DNA from: Flavobacteriales bacterium UBA7690
GTDB taxonomy: Bacteria > Bacteroidota > Bacteroidia > Flavobacteriales_F > PHOS-HE28
Length of the DNA: 64,000 nt
Direction of reading: 5' to 3'
Assembly (NCBI GenBank): GCA_002482775.1
Contig: DLGQ01000035.1
Span: forward strand, 29,429-93,428
Part shown: positions 36,171 through 45,416 of the stretch, piece by piece
How the letters are laid out: the number at the start of each line of letters is the position of its first letter
Position numbering within the stretch: the first letter of the stretch is position 1
Notes under the pieces: generated by a model
Told to the model about the DNA's origin: nothing
Seen by the model: only the letters and a program-made list of their open reading frames with translations
Database searches by the model: none
Program-made: the position numbers and the translations under genes

Positions 36171-37961
36171 ATGACCGCCGCACGCCCATTACCAGCCCAC
36201 ATGGACCACCATTCGCGCCACGACCGTTTCTGGAACACGCTGATCTGGACCAGCATCTCGATCGGGCTGGCGCTGCTGTTGTTCCTCTCCACGTCCTTGT
36301 CGAGCAAGGCACAATGGTCCGCGGATCCGAACAACCCCTTGGTGATCTGCAACGCCCCCAGCTACCAGAAGAACATGCGTTTACTGGGCGATGGTGCCGG
36401 TGGCTGGTACGTGCTCTGGACCGATGACCGCCTCGGAGCGAACAATTACGCGGTATTCGGGCAGCACTTGGATGCCGAAGGGAACCTGCTGTGGGAGCCC
36501 AATGGTCGTTTGATCAAGGCCATTCCCGGTAGAAGCATCAACTACATCGGAGCTGCGCGCATGAGCGATGACCGGCTCTTCCTGGCCTATACGAGCGGTG
36601 CCGATCAGTTCGGCGCGGACACCCTGCGCGCCATGGCCTTCGACGGCGACGGGCAGCCCGATTGGCCACAACCCGTTCTGCTGGCACAGCCAGGGCCATT
36701 GCCCGGTGGCGGAACGGCCGGTGGTCACTACTACCCGCGTGTCACACCGGTGCTCAACGGCATTTTCGTGGGCTGGGGAACGAACCCGCTCGGTGCGGCG
36801 GACTATGTGCACGTGGCACGTGTCCTCAACGATGGCACGAACCTGATGCCGGTCCAAGGCGTGGAGATCCCCAGCTTGAACAACTCGATCGTCACCGGCC
36901 CGTGGACCATGCGCCATGACCGGAATGGCGGTCTGATGCTGGAAGAGCGTTGGGGCAATGGAGCGGGAGCACCCTTGTATGCCATGCATGTGGATAGTAT
37001 GGGCGATGAACTATGGCCCGAGTTGCTCCTGGTGAGCGCCAACAGTGGCGGCCTTTATTACGAGTGGAGCACGGCCATGGCGCCGAACACACGCATGAAT
37101 TCCGTGTGGGCCAACAGTTACGACCTGCGCATGGCGATCTACGATACGGCAGGGGTGCTCCTCAATGGGAACGCACCGATCGAGGTGTGCATGCAGGGCG
37201 ACGTGCAGGAGAATCCCTTCGTGGTGCAGAGCGAGGAGGAGACCACCGTGTTCTGGGCGGATAACCGAGCAGCACTGGGCGGAGGCCGACAGGTCTTCAT
37301 GCAACGCTTCGATGCCACGGGTACACCGCTCCTCTCGGCCGATGGTGTTTTGGCCATGCGGGTCAATGGGAACATCAACGGGTTCCCGCGCGCCTTCGTC
37401 GTCAACGGCGAAGAGCACATCGTGGCCATGGTGGCGCCCTTCGCCAGTGACGGGGCCACGCCGGGCTTCCGCGCAGGACGCGTGACCAGTGCCGGGACCA
37501 ACCTCTGGAGCGACACCACACGCTTCTGCAACGGCACACTCAGCCCCAACGGCGGCACGGATTACGCGCTGACGAGCGATGGCCAAGGTGGTGCCATGGC
37601 CGTGTGGTTCAACTGGCAGAACGATGCGATCTACGCTGCGCGTATCGATAGTAGCGGCTACCTCGGAGGCAACAACACCACGTCCATTGTGCGAACAGAA
37701 GGTTCGGAAGGATTCCACGTGTTCCCGAACCCTGCCAATGATCGGATCATGTTGAAGGTCGAGCACACATGGATCGGTCATGCGGCTACGGTGGAAGTGC
37801 TGGATGCAATGGGCAGGCAGGTGTTCCATAGGCGCACCGGAGCGATGAGCGCAGTGGAGACCATCGTCCTAGCACCGGAGTGGAAGGATGGAGTGTACCT
37901 ATTGAAAGTCCATGCGGAAGGCCAGGTTCCGAAGAACGCACGCGTGATCGTTCAACGGTGA
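36171..37961 (+). CDS. T9SS type A sorting domain-containing secreted protein
   Basis: The C-terminal domain is FHVFPNPANDRIMLKV...GVYLLKVHAEG...VIVQR. The body has repeated propeller-like segments. An N-terminal signal/anchor is present. Confidence 0.85.
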   Translation: MTAARPLPAHMDHHSRHDRFWNTLIWTSISIGLALLLFLSTSLSSKAQWSADPNNPLVICNAPSYQKNMRLLGDGAGGWYVLWTDDRLGANNYAVFGQHLDAEGNLLWEPNGRLIKAIPGRSINYIGAARMSDDRLFLAYTSGADQFGADTLRAMAFDGDGQPDWPQPVLLAQPGPLPGGGTAGGHYYPRVTPVLNGIFVGWGTNPLGAADYVHVARVLNDGTNLMPVQGVEIPSLNNSIVTGPWTMRHDRNGGLMLEERWGNGAGAPLYAMHVDSMGDELWPELLLVSANSGGLYYEWSTAMAPNTRMNSVWANSYDLRMAIYDTAGVLLNGNAPIEVCMQGDVQENPFVVQSEEETTVFWADNRAALGGGRQVFMQRFDATGTPLLSADGVLAMRVNGNINGFPRAFVVNGEEHIVAMVAPFASDGATPGFRAGRVTSAGTNLWSDTTRFCNGTLSPNGGTDYALTSDGQGGAMAVWFNWQNDAIYAARIDSSGYLGGNNTTSIVRTEGSEGFHVFPNPANDRIMLKVEHTWIGHAATVEVLDAMGRQVFHRRTGAMSAVETIVLAPEWKDGVYLLKVHAEGQVPKNARVIVQR

Positions 37962-38372
37962 TCAAACCGTCGCTACCACCTTCAGCTCGATCGCGATCGG
38001 CGTCGGCAGGCAATTGATCTCCAACGTCGTCCGGCACGGTGGATCGGTCTCGAAGTACTCCTTCCACAGTCGGTTGTAGGTGGGGAAGTCGTCCTTCATG
38101 TTGGTGAGGTACACCGTCACGTCCACGATCTTCTCCCAGCTGCTCCCACTGTCCTCCAGGATCCACTTCACGTTCTGGAACACGCTGCGCACCTGCGTTT
38201 CAATGTCGTAGGAGGCGATCGTTCCGTCGGCGTTCAGTTCCACGCCGGGGATCTTCTTCGTGCCGCGTTCGCGCGGTCCCACGCCACTGAGGAAGAGCAA
38301 TTCACCTACCCGGCGGGCATGCGGGTAGTGGCCTACGGGTTCGGGGGCTTTGTTGGAGGAAATGCTGGACAT
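37962..38372 (-). CDS. RidA/YjgF family protein (candidate 2-aminomuconate deaminase)
   Basis: ATG 38372 gives MSSISSNKAPEPVGHYPHARRVGELLFLSGVGPR. The C-terminal CRTTLEINCLPTPIAIELKV is typical of the RidA fold. The functional suggestion comes from the kynurenine-branch genes elsewhere in the window. Confidence 0.88.
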   Translation of the reverse strand: MSSISSNKAPEPVGHYPHARRVGELLFLSGVGPRERGTKKIPGVELNADGTIASYDIETQVRSVFQNVKWILEDSGSSWEKIVDVTVYLTNMKDDFPTYNRLWKEYFETDPPCRTTLEINCLPTPIAIELKVVATV

Positions 38373-38417
38373 GGTACGAAGATGGCACTTGCCGTCGATC
38401 GCATCGACCTTTGCCCC

Positions 38418-39404
38418 ATGCAAATGCGTTACCGCCGCCTCGGCACCTCCGGCCTACGACTTTCGGAACTCTCCCTTGGCTCCTGGCTCACCTTCGGCAA
38501 ACAGATCACGGACGAAACCGCCGAAGCGTTGATGCGGATGGCTTACGAGAACGGCATCAACTTCTTCGACAACGCGGAGACCTACGCGCGTGGCGAAAGT
38601 GAACGTGTCATGGGCCGCATCCTGAAGAAAGTGGACTGGCCGCGCGACACCTGGACGGTGAGCAGCAAGGTTTTCTTCGGGTCAGGAGGGAAGTTGCCCA
38701 CGCAGGTCGGTCTTCACCGGAAACATGTGGTAGAAGCCTGCCACGATGCGATGAAGCGGTTGCAAGTGGATCATCTGGATCTGTACTTCTGCCATCGCCC
38801 GGACCCGGACACGCCCATCGCGGAAACGGTGTGGACCATGCACCAACTGATCATGCAAGGCAAGGTGATGTATTGGGGGACCAGCGAATGGAGTGCAGCG
38901 GAGATCAAGGAAGCGCATGGCGTTGCCGAAAAGCATCACCTGATCGCACCGGTGATGGAGCAGCCGCAGTACAACATGTTCCACCGCGAAAAGGTGGAGA
39001 GGGAATTCGCGCCGCTCTACGATACGGTGGGCTTGGGAACCACCATCTGGAGCCCCTTGGCCAGCGGCATCCTCAGCGGCAAACACACCTTGGAAGGCGA
39101 TGCCTCTTCACGCTTGCGCATGGCTGGCTTGGAATGGCTGAAGGAGCGTGAGCTCAACGAAGCGCGCCTGAAGAAGGTGGACGAACTGAAGATCACCGCT
39201 GCCGGGCTCGGCCTATCACTCCCGGTGTTCGCGATCGCGTGGTGCCTCAAGAACCCGCGCGTCAGCACGGTGATGCTGGGGGCGAGCAAGACCGCCCAGT
39301 TGGAAGAGAACCTGAAAGCAGTGGAAGCCCAGGACCTGTTCACCCCGGAGGTGATGATCCATGTGGAGAAGGTGCTGGGAGGGGAGAAGTTGAGCACCTG
39401 GTGA
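38418..39404 (+). CDS. aldo/keto reductase (Kv-beta-like AKR)
   Basis: The sequence reads MQMRYRRLGTSGLRLSELSLGSWLTFG...NFFDNAETYA...DLYFCHRPD...YWGTSEWS. It has canonical AKR catalytic D/Y/K/H spacing. Confidence 0.9.
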   Translation: MQMRYRRLGTSGLRLSELSLGSWLTFGKQITDETAEALMRMAYENGINFFDNAETYARGESERVMGRILKKVDWPRDTWTVSSKVFFGSGGKLPTQVGLHRKHVVEACHDAMKRLQVDHLDLYFCHRPDPDTPIAETVWTMHQLIMQGKVMYWGTSEWSAAEIKEAHGVAEKHHLIAPVMEQPQYNMFHREKVEREFAPLYDTVGLGTTIWSPLASGILSGKHTLEGDASSRLRMAGLEWLKERELNEARLKKVDELKITAAGLGLSLPVFAIAWCLKNPRVSTVMLGASKTAQLEENLKAVEAQDLFTPEVMIHVEKVLGGEKLSTW

Positions 39405-39416
39405 TGTAGAACGAAG

Positions 39417-39442
39417 AAGGGCGGCCCATGTGGGCCGCCCTT
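39417..39442. terminator. GC-rich hairpin terminator between AKR gene and tRNA 3' end
   Basis: AAGGGCGGCCCA (39417-39428) pairs perfectly with TGGGCCGCCCTT (39431-39442) and is followed by TTCTG. Confidence 0.65.
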
Positions 39443-39445
39443 TCT

Positions 39446-39520
<75 letters not shown>

Positions 39521-39556
39521 AAGATGTCAAACACCCCGTTCCTACTGAACGGGGCG

Positions 39557-39564
39557 CAAAAGTA
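39557..39564 (-). promoter_or_regulatory. TAnnTTTG -7 box upstream of tRNA-Ala
   Basis: The minus strand reads TACTTTTG, 37 nt upstream of the tRNA 5' end. The leader between them contains the hairpin CCCCGTTC/GAACGGGG (39533-39555). Confidence 0.45.
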
Positions 39565-39927
39565 TGGATCCCACGGACTTCTCGAAATGGTTCAATAGGA
39601 TGCTTGTCGATCCACCAGTGTACTTCCGTCGCTGGCAATGCTCGACCTATCGATGTTCAGGTGCCGTGTAAAACCCTGTTGATAAGCAACTTACGCGATC
39701 GTCGGGCCGGTTGTACAGGGCGTCATCTTTGTCCCCGATCGGTCCGAAGAAGTCCCCCTGTTCTTCCTTTACGGGCCGCAGAAGTTGAAGGATCAACGTT
39801 CATTGAAGGCTATGGAGGGAGCGAGGAGGGCGGGTATTCGGAACACTCAGGACCTGCTAGGAACCTCGTCTCGACAAGGTATGTAGGGCAGCTCTCCCCT
39901 CCCTTCCATTCCAAGATCCGCCGCCGG

Positions 39928-42621
39928 TCAACGCTGGCCTGTGGGTTTGCGCACACCGGCGGCCTTCTTCAAATAGCTATGCGTTACGGCTTGCGCACGC
40001 GTGCTCCTTTCGCGCTGGGTGCTCATGTACGGGTTCGTCTGCAGCGCATCGATCCGCCGGGCCTTCATCGTATCGTTCCACTGCACCTCCATCAGGTCCA
40101 TCACCTCGCGTTGGAGCGAAGCTTCGGTTATCGGGAAGGCCACTTCGATACGGCGGTCCAGGTTGCGTCCCATCCAATCGGCAGAGGAGAGCATCACGTT
40201 CGGTTTACCACCATTGTGGAACGCGTACACCCGGGTGTGCTCCAAGTAACGGTCCACGATGCTGATCACCTCGATGTTGCGGCTCAGGCCCTCCACACCA
40301 GGCACGAGGCAGCAGATCCCGCGGATGATCAACCGGATACGCACACCGGCATTGCTCGCGTCGTAAAGTTTGCGGATCAGCGCACGGTCCTCCAAGCTGT
40401 TCAACTTCAACAGGATCTCCGCCCGATGGCCCAGTTGTGCATGTTCGATCTCCTTGTCGATGAAAGCCTCCAAACGCCCGCGTAAGGTGAGCGGGGCCAT
40501 CAAGAGTTGAGACAGTACCGGTCGCTGTGTACGGTCCACCAGGTGTGCGAACACCTGGGCCACTTCGCGGGTGATGGCCGGGCGAGCGGTGAGCAAGGCC
40601 ATGTCGGCATAGATGCGCGAAGTACGTTCGTTGAAATTGCCTGTTCCGAGGTAGGCGTAGCGCACCGTGCGGGAGCCTTCGCGCCGTTCGATCATGCACA
40701 ACTTGCAATGCACTTTCAGGTTCTCGTAGCTGTAGAGCACCGTGGCACCGGCCTTTTCCAAAGCCTCGCCCCAGAACAGGTTGGCGCGTTCATCGAAACG
40801 AGCTTGGACCTCTACGAAAACGGTCACCTTCTTACCGCGCTTCAGGGCATCGATCAACGCTCCGCACACCTCGGACCCATCCGCCACACGGTACAACGTC
40901 ATCGCGATGTGCTGCACGGCTCTATCGCGAGCGGCCTGTTGTAGCCAACGCACCACATTGCCGAAATCATGGTAGGGGAAGTGCCACAACACATCGCCCT
41001 TCTTCAAGGCGTTGAAGGTGTTGCGTCCATCCTTCGTTGCGGGGTGTGGGATGGTCCTCCACGCAGGCTCCAACAGGTTCTTGTGGCCTGTCGCGGGAAG
41101 CTTCATCAGATCGCTGAAGTGGTGGTAGCGGCCACCGGCGATCAGGTCAGGCTTCGATAGGCCGAGCAGGTTGCGCAGTGAGCGCAGTGTTGCGGGCGGC
41201 ATGGCTGCATCGTAAAGGAAACGGGAGGGCACGCCGGTACTGCGTTTCCGGAGGCTCTTGCGCACCTTGTCCTTCACGTTGCCCACGTATTCCTCATCCA
41301 AGTAGAGTTCTGCATCGCGCGAGAGTTTGATCGCGTGGCACTCCGTCATCTTGTATCCGGTGAAGAGCCCGCCAAGGCACAAGCGCATCACGTCGTCCAG
41401 GTAGATCACATCGGTGCGTCCGCGTGTGGCGGGTAAGGTGAGGAATCGGCCCACCTCATCGCTGGGGATGTTCACCAGTACGAGGCGTTCCTTCACCTTG
41501 GTCTTGCCTTTCGGCCGCACGCGACAGGCGAAGTACAGTTTGCGGTCCTCGATGAAAGGGGCGTTGCCAGCGCGCACCGTGGCGGTATGGATCACAGGCG
41601 CCACGCGTTTGGTGAAGAAGGTCTGGACGAAGGCGCGTTGTGCATCGCTGAGCTGCGTTTCGTTGAGGATACGAAGGCCGTTGCGGGCCAGCGCCGGTAA
41701 CAGCCGTTCGCGGTAGAGCTTGCCGAATTGCATCTGCTGGGCAAGCGCTTTCCGGTTGATCCGCTCCACACGTTTCTCGGGCGTCACGTCCAGCGCTGTA
41801 CGATCCACCTTCTTCAGCTTGGTAAGGCTGCGCAATGAGGCCACACGCACGCGGTAGAACTCGTCGAGGTTGCTGGAATAGATGGCGAGGAATTTGATGC
41901 GTTCCAGCAGGGGTACGGTCTCGTCCTTCGCCTCTTGCAGCACGCGGTCGTTGAAGGAGAGCCAGCTCAGGTCGCGATCGAAGAAACGCTCCGGTGCTTT
42001 GGGAATGGGCGCACGTTCGCGTTTCGGTACGGCGGATCGTTGGCGCAGTGCCGCAAGGTTGATGGCCTTCTGCTTCGCGTAGCGCTGGCGGGCATACACG
42101 GTGTAGAACCGGTGTTTTTCCAGGTAGGCGAGGTTCTCCGCCAGCCATGCTTGGGCACTGATCCGCTTGCGCAACACCGCTTCCAATTCTTTGCGAAGCA
42201 GTTCGCTCTTTTCAATGAAGTCCACTTGTCCCGCTTTGGCTGAATCCGCGTCGCGCAAGACCTTTTGCAGCACCGTACGTGGTGTGGACTTCATACGGGT
42301 GGCCAGGATCAGCCCGCTCACCCGGGCGATCACGGCAGCGCTCGCCTTGGCACGTACAAGGAAGGCGGTGGCCAGTTCGGCGCTACGTTCCTCGTGGCCG
42401 GTATGGGCCAAGGCGTATCCTGCATCGTGGAAAATAGCAGCCAGTTCCACCAGGGCCAGGTCCGCAGCCTTCAATTTCATGCCCTGCCCGATGGCTCGTG
42501 CGGTGCGCGCCACGGTAAGGGTGTGCTCCAGGTCGTGGAAGTGCATGTGGCGTGGCATGCGGCGTGCGAACCAGCGCCGTACATGGAGCCGGGCGCGTTC
42601 CAATAGATCCTCGTTGATCAT
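39928..42621 (-). CDS. ppk1: polyphosphate kinase 1 with N-terminal HD-domain phosphohydrolase fusion (897 aa)
   Basis: ATG 42621 gives MINEDLLERA. Residues about 1-200 carry H...HD...HD...D motifs (HMHFHDLEHT, AAIFHDAGY, LRDADS). From about residue 213 the canonical PPK1 N-terminus begins (FFDRDLSWLSFNDRVLQEA...LAIYSSNLDEFYRVR). It continues through both PLD-like C domains. Confidence 0.93.
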   Translation of the reverse strand: MINEDLLERARLHVRRWFARRMPRHMHFHDLEHTLTVARTARAIGQGMKLKAADLALVELAAIFHDAGYALAHTGHEERSAELATAFLVRAKASAAVIARVSGLILATRMKSTPRTVLQKVLRDADSAKAGQVDFIEKSELLRKELEAVLRKRISAQAWLAENLAYLEKHRFYTVYARQRYAKQKAINLAALRQRSAVPKRERAPIPKAPERFFDRDLSWLSFNDRVLQEAKDETVPLLERIKFLAIYSSNLDEFYRVRVASLRSLTKLKKVDRTALDVTPEKRVERINRKALAQQMQFGKLYRERLLPALARNGLRILNETQLSDAQRAFVQTFFTKRVAPVIHTATVRAGNAPFIEDRKLYFACRVRPKGKTKVKERLVLVNIPSDEVGRFLTLPATRGRTDVIYLDDVMRLCLGGLFTGYKMTECHAIKLSRDAELYLDEEYVGNVKDKVRKSLRKRSTGVPSRFLYDAAMPPATLRSLRNLLGLSKPDLIAGGRYHHFSDLMKLPATGHKNLLEPAWRTIPHPATKDGRNTFNALKKGDVLWHFPYHDFGNVVRWLQQAARDRAVQHIAMTLYRVADGSEVCGALIDALKRGKKVTVFVEVQARFDERANLFWGEALEKAGATVLYSYENLKVHCKLCMIERREGSRTVRYAYLGTGNFNERTSRIYADMALLTARPAITREVAQVFAHLVDRTQRPVLSQLLMAPLTLRGRLEAFIDKEIEHAQLGHRAEILLKLNSLEDRALIRKLYDASNAGVRIRLIIRGICCLVPGVEGLSRNIEVISIVDRYLEHTRVYAFHNGGKPNVMLSSADWMGRNLDRRIEVAFPITEASLQREVMDLMEVQWNDTMKARRIDALQTNPYMSTQRERSTRAQAVTHSYLKKAAGVRKPTGQR

Positions 42622-42672
42622 CGTTGGCGAAGTTAGCCGGGAGGCTTTCGGCCTCGGCCAAGGTCGGTCGTC

Positions 42673-42680
42673 TATATTTG
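42673..42680 (+). promoter_or_regulatory. TAnnTTTG -7 box (TATATTTG) for the SiaB-like gene
   Basis: It lies 16 nt upstream of ATG 42696, in the 74-bp divergent region shared with ppk1. Confidence 0.45.
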
Positions 42681-42695
42681 GACGGAACATCCCGC

Positions 42696-43757
42696 ATGGA
42701 TCAGGCCGCTGTCAAAGCCCTCTACCAGGCCTTCGCTGGCGACCGGTTGACCTTCCTGTACAGCGGCGAGTTCCACGACGAGCATACTGCACGGCTGATC
42801 GCGTTGGGAGAGGAGTACCTCGAACGCGAAGGGGCGGAGAAGAGCGTTCGCAGCAAATTGGGCTTCATCATGGTGGAAGCCTACCAGAACATCGTACGCC
42901 ACCGCACGACGATCAACAGCGCTGCACAAGGGGCGGGTCGTAGCATGTTCCTGTTGCGCAGCAATGGCGCGCAGCATGAGGTAACGGCGATCAACCCGCT
43001 GGAGGAAGGTGCCGTTGGAGCGCTCACCGCGAACCTCGAACGGCTGCGCTCGTTGGATCTGCAGCAGATGAAGCAGGTGTTCCTGCGCGGGTTGCAAAGC
43101 GAGGAGCGCACGGAGCGAGGCGGGGCTGGTCTGGGGTTGATCGAGATGGCGCGGCGATCGGGCCATGCACTGCGCTACGGTTTCGCGGTCATCGATCCGG
43201 CGTATCGGCTCTTCGCCCTACAGGTGCTCGTAGGCAAAGGAGGTTCTTGGCGCAACGAGGTGAAGGACGCCTTCGATGTACACCAAGCGGTGGTGGACCA
43301 TGGCATCGCTGTGCTGGGGCGCGGGCGCTCGGGGGCCGGGGAGCAGGAAGCCATCTTACGTTTCATCGAACGCGACATGGATGATGGCCGTAGCCGTTCC
43401 GATGTGCGCACGAGAGCTTACCTAGCGATCTCCGACCTGTTAGCGAACTTGGACACGGCCGGTGAGGGCCCCATGATCTTGTTCCGCCAGGTGGATGGGC
43501 GCACCTCTTTGGTGGTGGGCACACCCCTCAACGAAACGGCCCTGGCGCGTTTGAATGACGCTATGGGTGCGGTGATGTCCTTGGACCCACAAGGGCTGCA
43601 GCGCCGTTACCGCGATATTCTACTAGGACGTGTGGAGGTAACGGACGACATGCAACTGGGCCTCATCGAGCTGGCGCGCAGCACCTCGGCACCGTTACGG
43701 CTCATGAGTTCGGACAGCGCATTCGGTCCCTTCGCGGTGCTCGAAGCGGTGATCTAG
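42696..43757 (+). CDS. tandem GHKL-type (SiaB/RsbW-like, DUF6272-like) protein kinase + degenerate second copy
   Basis: The first half has the N-box MVEAYQNIVRH and the G-box ERGGAGLGLIEMARRSG. The second half repeats the fold outline (AISDLLANL ... MQLGLIELARSTS) but lacks the glycine-rich ATP lid. The family name is recalled, not searched. Confidence 0.6.
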   Translation: MDQAAVKALYQAFAGDRLTFLYSGEFHDEHTARLIALGEEYLEREGAEKSVRSKLGFIMVEAYQNIVRHRTTINSAAQGAGRSMFLLRSNGAQHEVTAINPLEEGAVGALTANLERLRSLDLQQMKQVFLRGLQSEERTERGGAGLGLIEMARRSGHALRYGFAVIDPAYRLFALQVLVGKGGSWRNEVKDAFDVHQAVVDHGIAVLGRGRSGAGEQEAILRFIERDMDDGRSRSDVRTRAYLAISDLLANLDTAGEGPMILFRQVDGRTSLVVGTPLNETALARLNDAMGAVMSLDPQGLQRRYRDILLGRVEVTDDMQLGLIELARSTSAPLRLMSSDSAFGPFAVLEAVI

Positions 43758-43849
43758 ATCGGTCGGCTATCCAACTTCAGTGGGGCAGAATGTTCAAGGG
43801 CGGATACTGATCGCGTTGGCGGCACAGTTCTAGGAACAAGACCTGCCAT

Positions 43850-43984
43850 ATGTTCTCCCTCCTTCACTACCTCCTTCAGCGCTTCGATCGGTTCCAAGCG
43901 TGGTTCGACCGCCGATTCGGTTGGTTCTTCACCAATGGCATGAAGAGCCGCGGACCATCACGGACCGGTTCGCTCAGAGCTTGA
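43850..43984 (+). CDS. possible 44-aa small protein (MFSLLHYLLQRFDRFQAWFDRRFGWFFTNGMKSRGPSRTGSLRA)
   Basis: It is below the track cutoff, with an ATG start. The tail overlaps the convergent ALDH stop by 11 nt. The FGWFFTNG motif feels familiar from small Bacteroidota ORFs, but I cannot verify this. Confidence 0.3.
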   Translation: MFSLLHYLLQRFDRFQAWFDRRFGWFFTNGMKSRGPSRTGSLRA

Positions 43985-45416
43985 TGCAGATGTTCTTCGC
44001 TTCGGTGAAGAAACGCAAAGCTTCAACGCCCCCTTCGCGGCCCACACCGCTCTGCTTCACACCGCCGAACGGGGTACGCAGGTCGCGCACCATCCAGCAA
44101 TTCACCCAGACTATGCCCGCCTGCAACGCGCGCGCTACGCGATGTGTGCGTTGTACATCGCTGGTCCAGACCACGCTGGCCAGACCATAAGGTGTGGCAT
44201 TGGCGAGGGACAAGGCCTCCGCTTCGTTATCGAACGGTTGCAAGGTCACCACCGGCCCGAAGATCTCTTCCTGGTTCGTGCGGCATTCCGGTCCAAGGCC
44301 TTCGATCACCGTGGGGGCGATGTACCATCCATCTTGCAGCGCTCCTTCCAAATGCACACGATGCCCACCACAGAGCACGGTGCCGCCTTCACTTTTCGCC
44401 ACATCGATATAGCCCAGCACTTTTTCCATGTGCTCCTTGCTCACCACGGCGCCGAGGTCGCTGCTTGCTTCGGCCGGATCACCCACGTGCAACGCCTTCA
44501 CCTGTTCCACGAAAGCATCGCGGAAACGCGCGTAGATGGAGCGCTCCACGAGAATGCGTGATCCGCACAGGCAGATCTGGCCTTGGTTGGTGAAGCTGCT
44601 GCGCACGGTGGTCTTCAGCATCTGCTCGAAGTCGCAATCGGCGAACACCAGCACGGGGTTCTTGCCACCCAGCTCCAAGCTGAGCTTCTTGAACATCGGT
44701 GCCGCCACGCGAGCGATCTCGGCACCCGTGCGCGTTCCTCCGGTGAAGGAGATGGCCGGTATGCGCGGGTGCGCGGTGATGGCAGCGCCCACTTTTGGTC
44801 CAAGGCCGTGTATGATGTTGAGCACGCCCGGAGGAATACCCGCTTTGCTACACAGTGCGCTCAGACGGTACGCGGTCAGCGGGGTTATCTCGCTCGGCTT
44901 CGCCACCACACAATTGCCCGCGGCCAGTGCAGGCGCGATCTTCCATGTGAAGAGGTACAGTGGCAAGTTCCATGGGCTGATGCAGCCTGCAACACCGAAC
45001 GGCTGGCGGTCGGTGTAGTTCACGGCCACATCGTCCATCACATGTGCTTCGCTGGGGAAGTGCAGGATCGCCGTGGCGAAGAAGCGGAAGTTGGCAATGG
45101 CGCGCGGGATGTCCACACGGCGCGCCAGAGAAAGTGGTTTGCCATTGTCGCGCGATTCGTCATGGACGAAACCCTCCAGATCATCTTCGATCAACTGGGC
45201 GAGCCGCAACAGCACGTTGCTTCTTCCTTCGCGCCCCAACGCGTTCCAAGCGGGAAAGGCCCGGTGCGCCGCTTCCACCGCGGCTTCCACATCCCGTTCA
45301 TCGGAATCGGGCAAGCGCGCATACACGTTTCCGGTGGCCGGGGCATGTACATCGATCCAGCCGCCACCGGCAGCCGGGCGCAGGTTACCATCGATCAAGT
45401 TGAGCAGGTCTTCCAT
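43974..45416 (-). CDS. aldehyde dehydrogenase, ALDH8-like (candidate 2-aminomuconate-6-semialdehyde dehydrogenase)
   Basis: 480 aa. It shows long collinear similarity to ALDH8A1-type enzymes as I recall them (ISPWNLPLYLFTWKIAPALAAGN, KKLSLELGGKNP, VRSSFTNQGQICLCGSR, NCWMVRDLRTPFGGVKQSGVGREG). Confidence 0.92.
   Translation of the reverse strand: MEDLLNLIDGNLRPAAGGGWIDVHAPATGNVYARLPDSDERDVEAAVEAAHRAFPAWNALGREGRSNVLLRLAQLIEDDLEGFVHDESRDNGKPLSLARRVDIPRAIANFRFFATAILHFPSEAHVMDDVAVNYTDRQPFGVAGCISPWNLPLYLFTWKIAPALAAGNCVVAKPSEITPLTAYRLSALCSKAGIPPGVLNIIHGLGPKVGAAITAHPRIPAISFTGGTRTGAEIARVAAPMFKKLSLELGGKNPVLVFADCDFEQMLKTTVRSSFTNQGQICLCGSRILVERSIYARFRDAFVEQVKALHVGDPAEASSDLGAVVSKEHMEKVLGYIDVAKSEGGTVLCGGHRVHLEGALQDGWYIAPTVIEGLGPECRTNQEEIFGPVVTLQPFDNEAEALSLANATPYGLASVVWTSDVQRTHRVARALQAGIVWVNCWMVRDLRTPFGGVKQSGVGREGGVEALRFFTEAKNICIKL

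Noticed and set aside
39604-40485. Plus-strand 293-aa ORF overlapping the 3' end of ppk1
   Set aside because: It is antisense to PPK1 C-terminal domains, with an implausible composition (R/P/S/H-rich) and no motifs. Its first third lies in non-coding spacer with poor GC3 bias.
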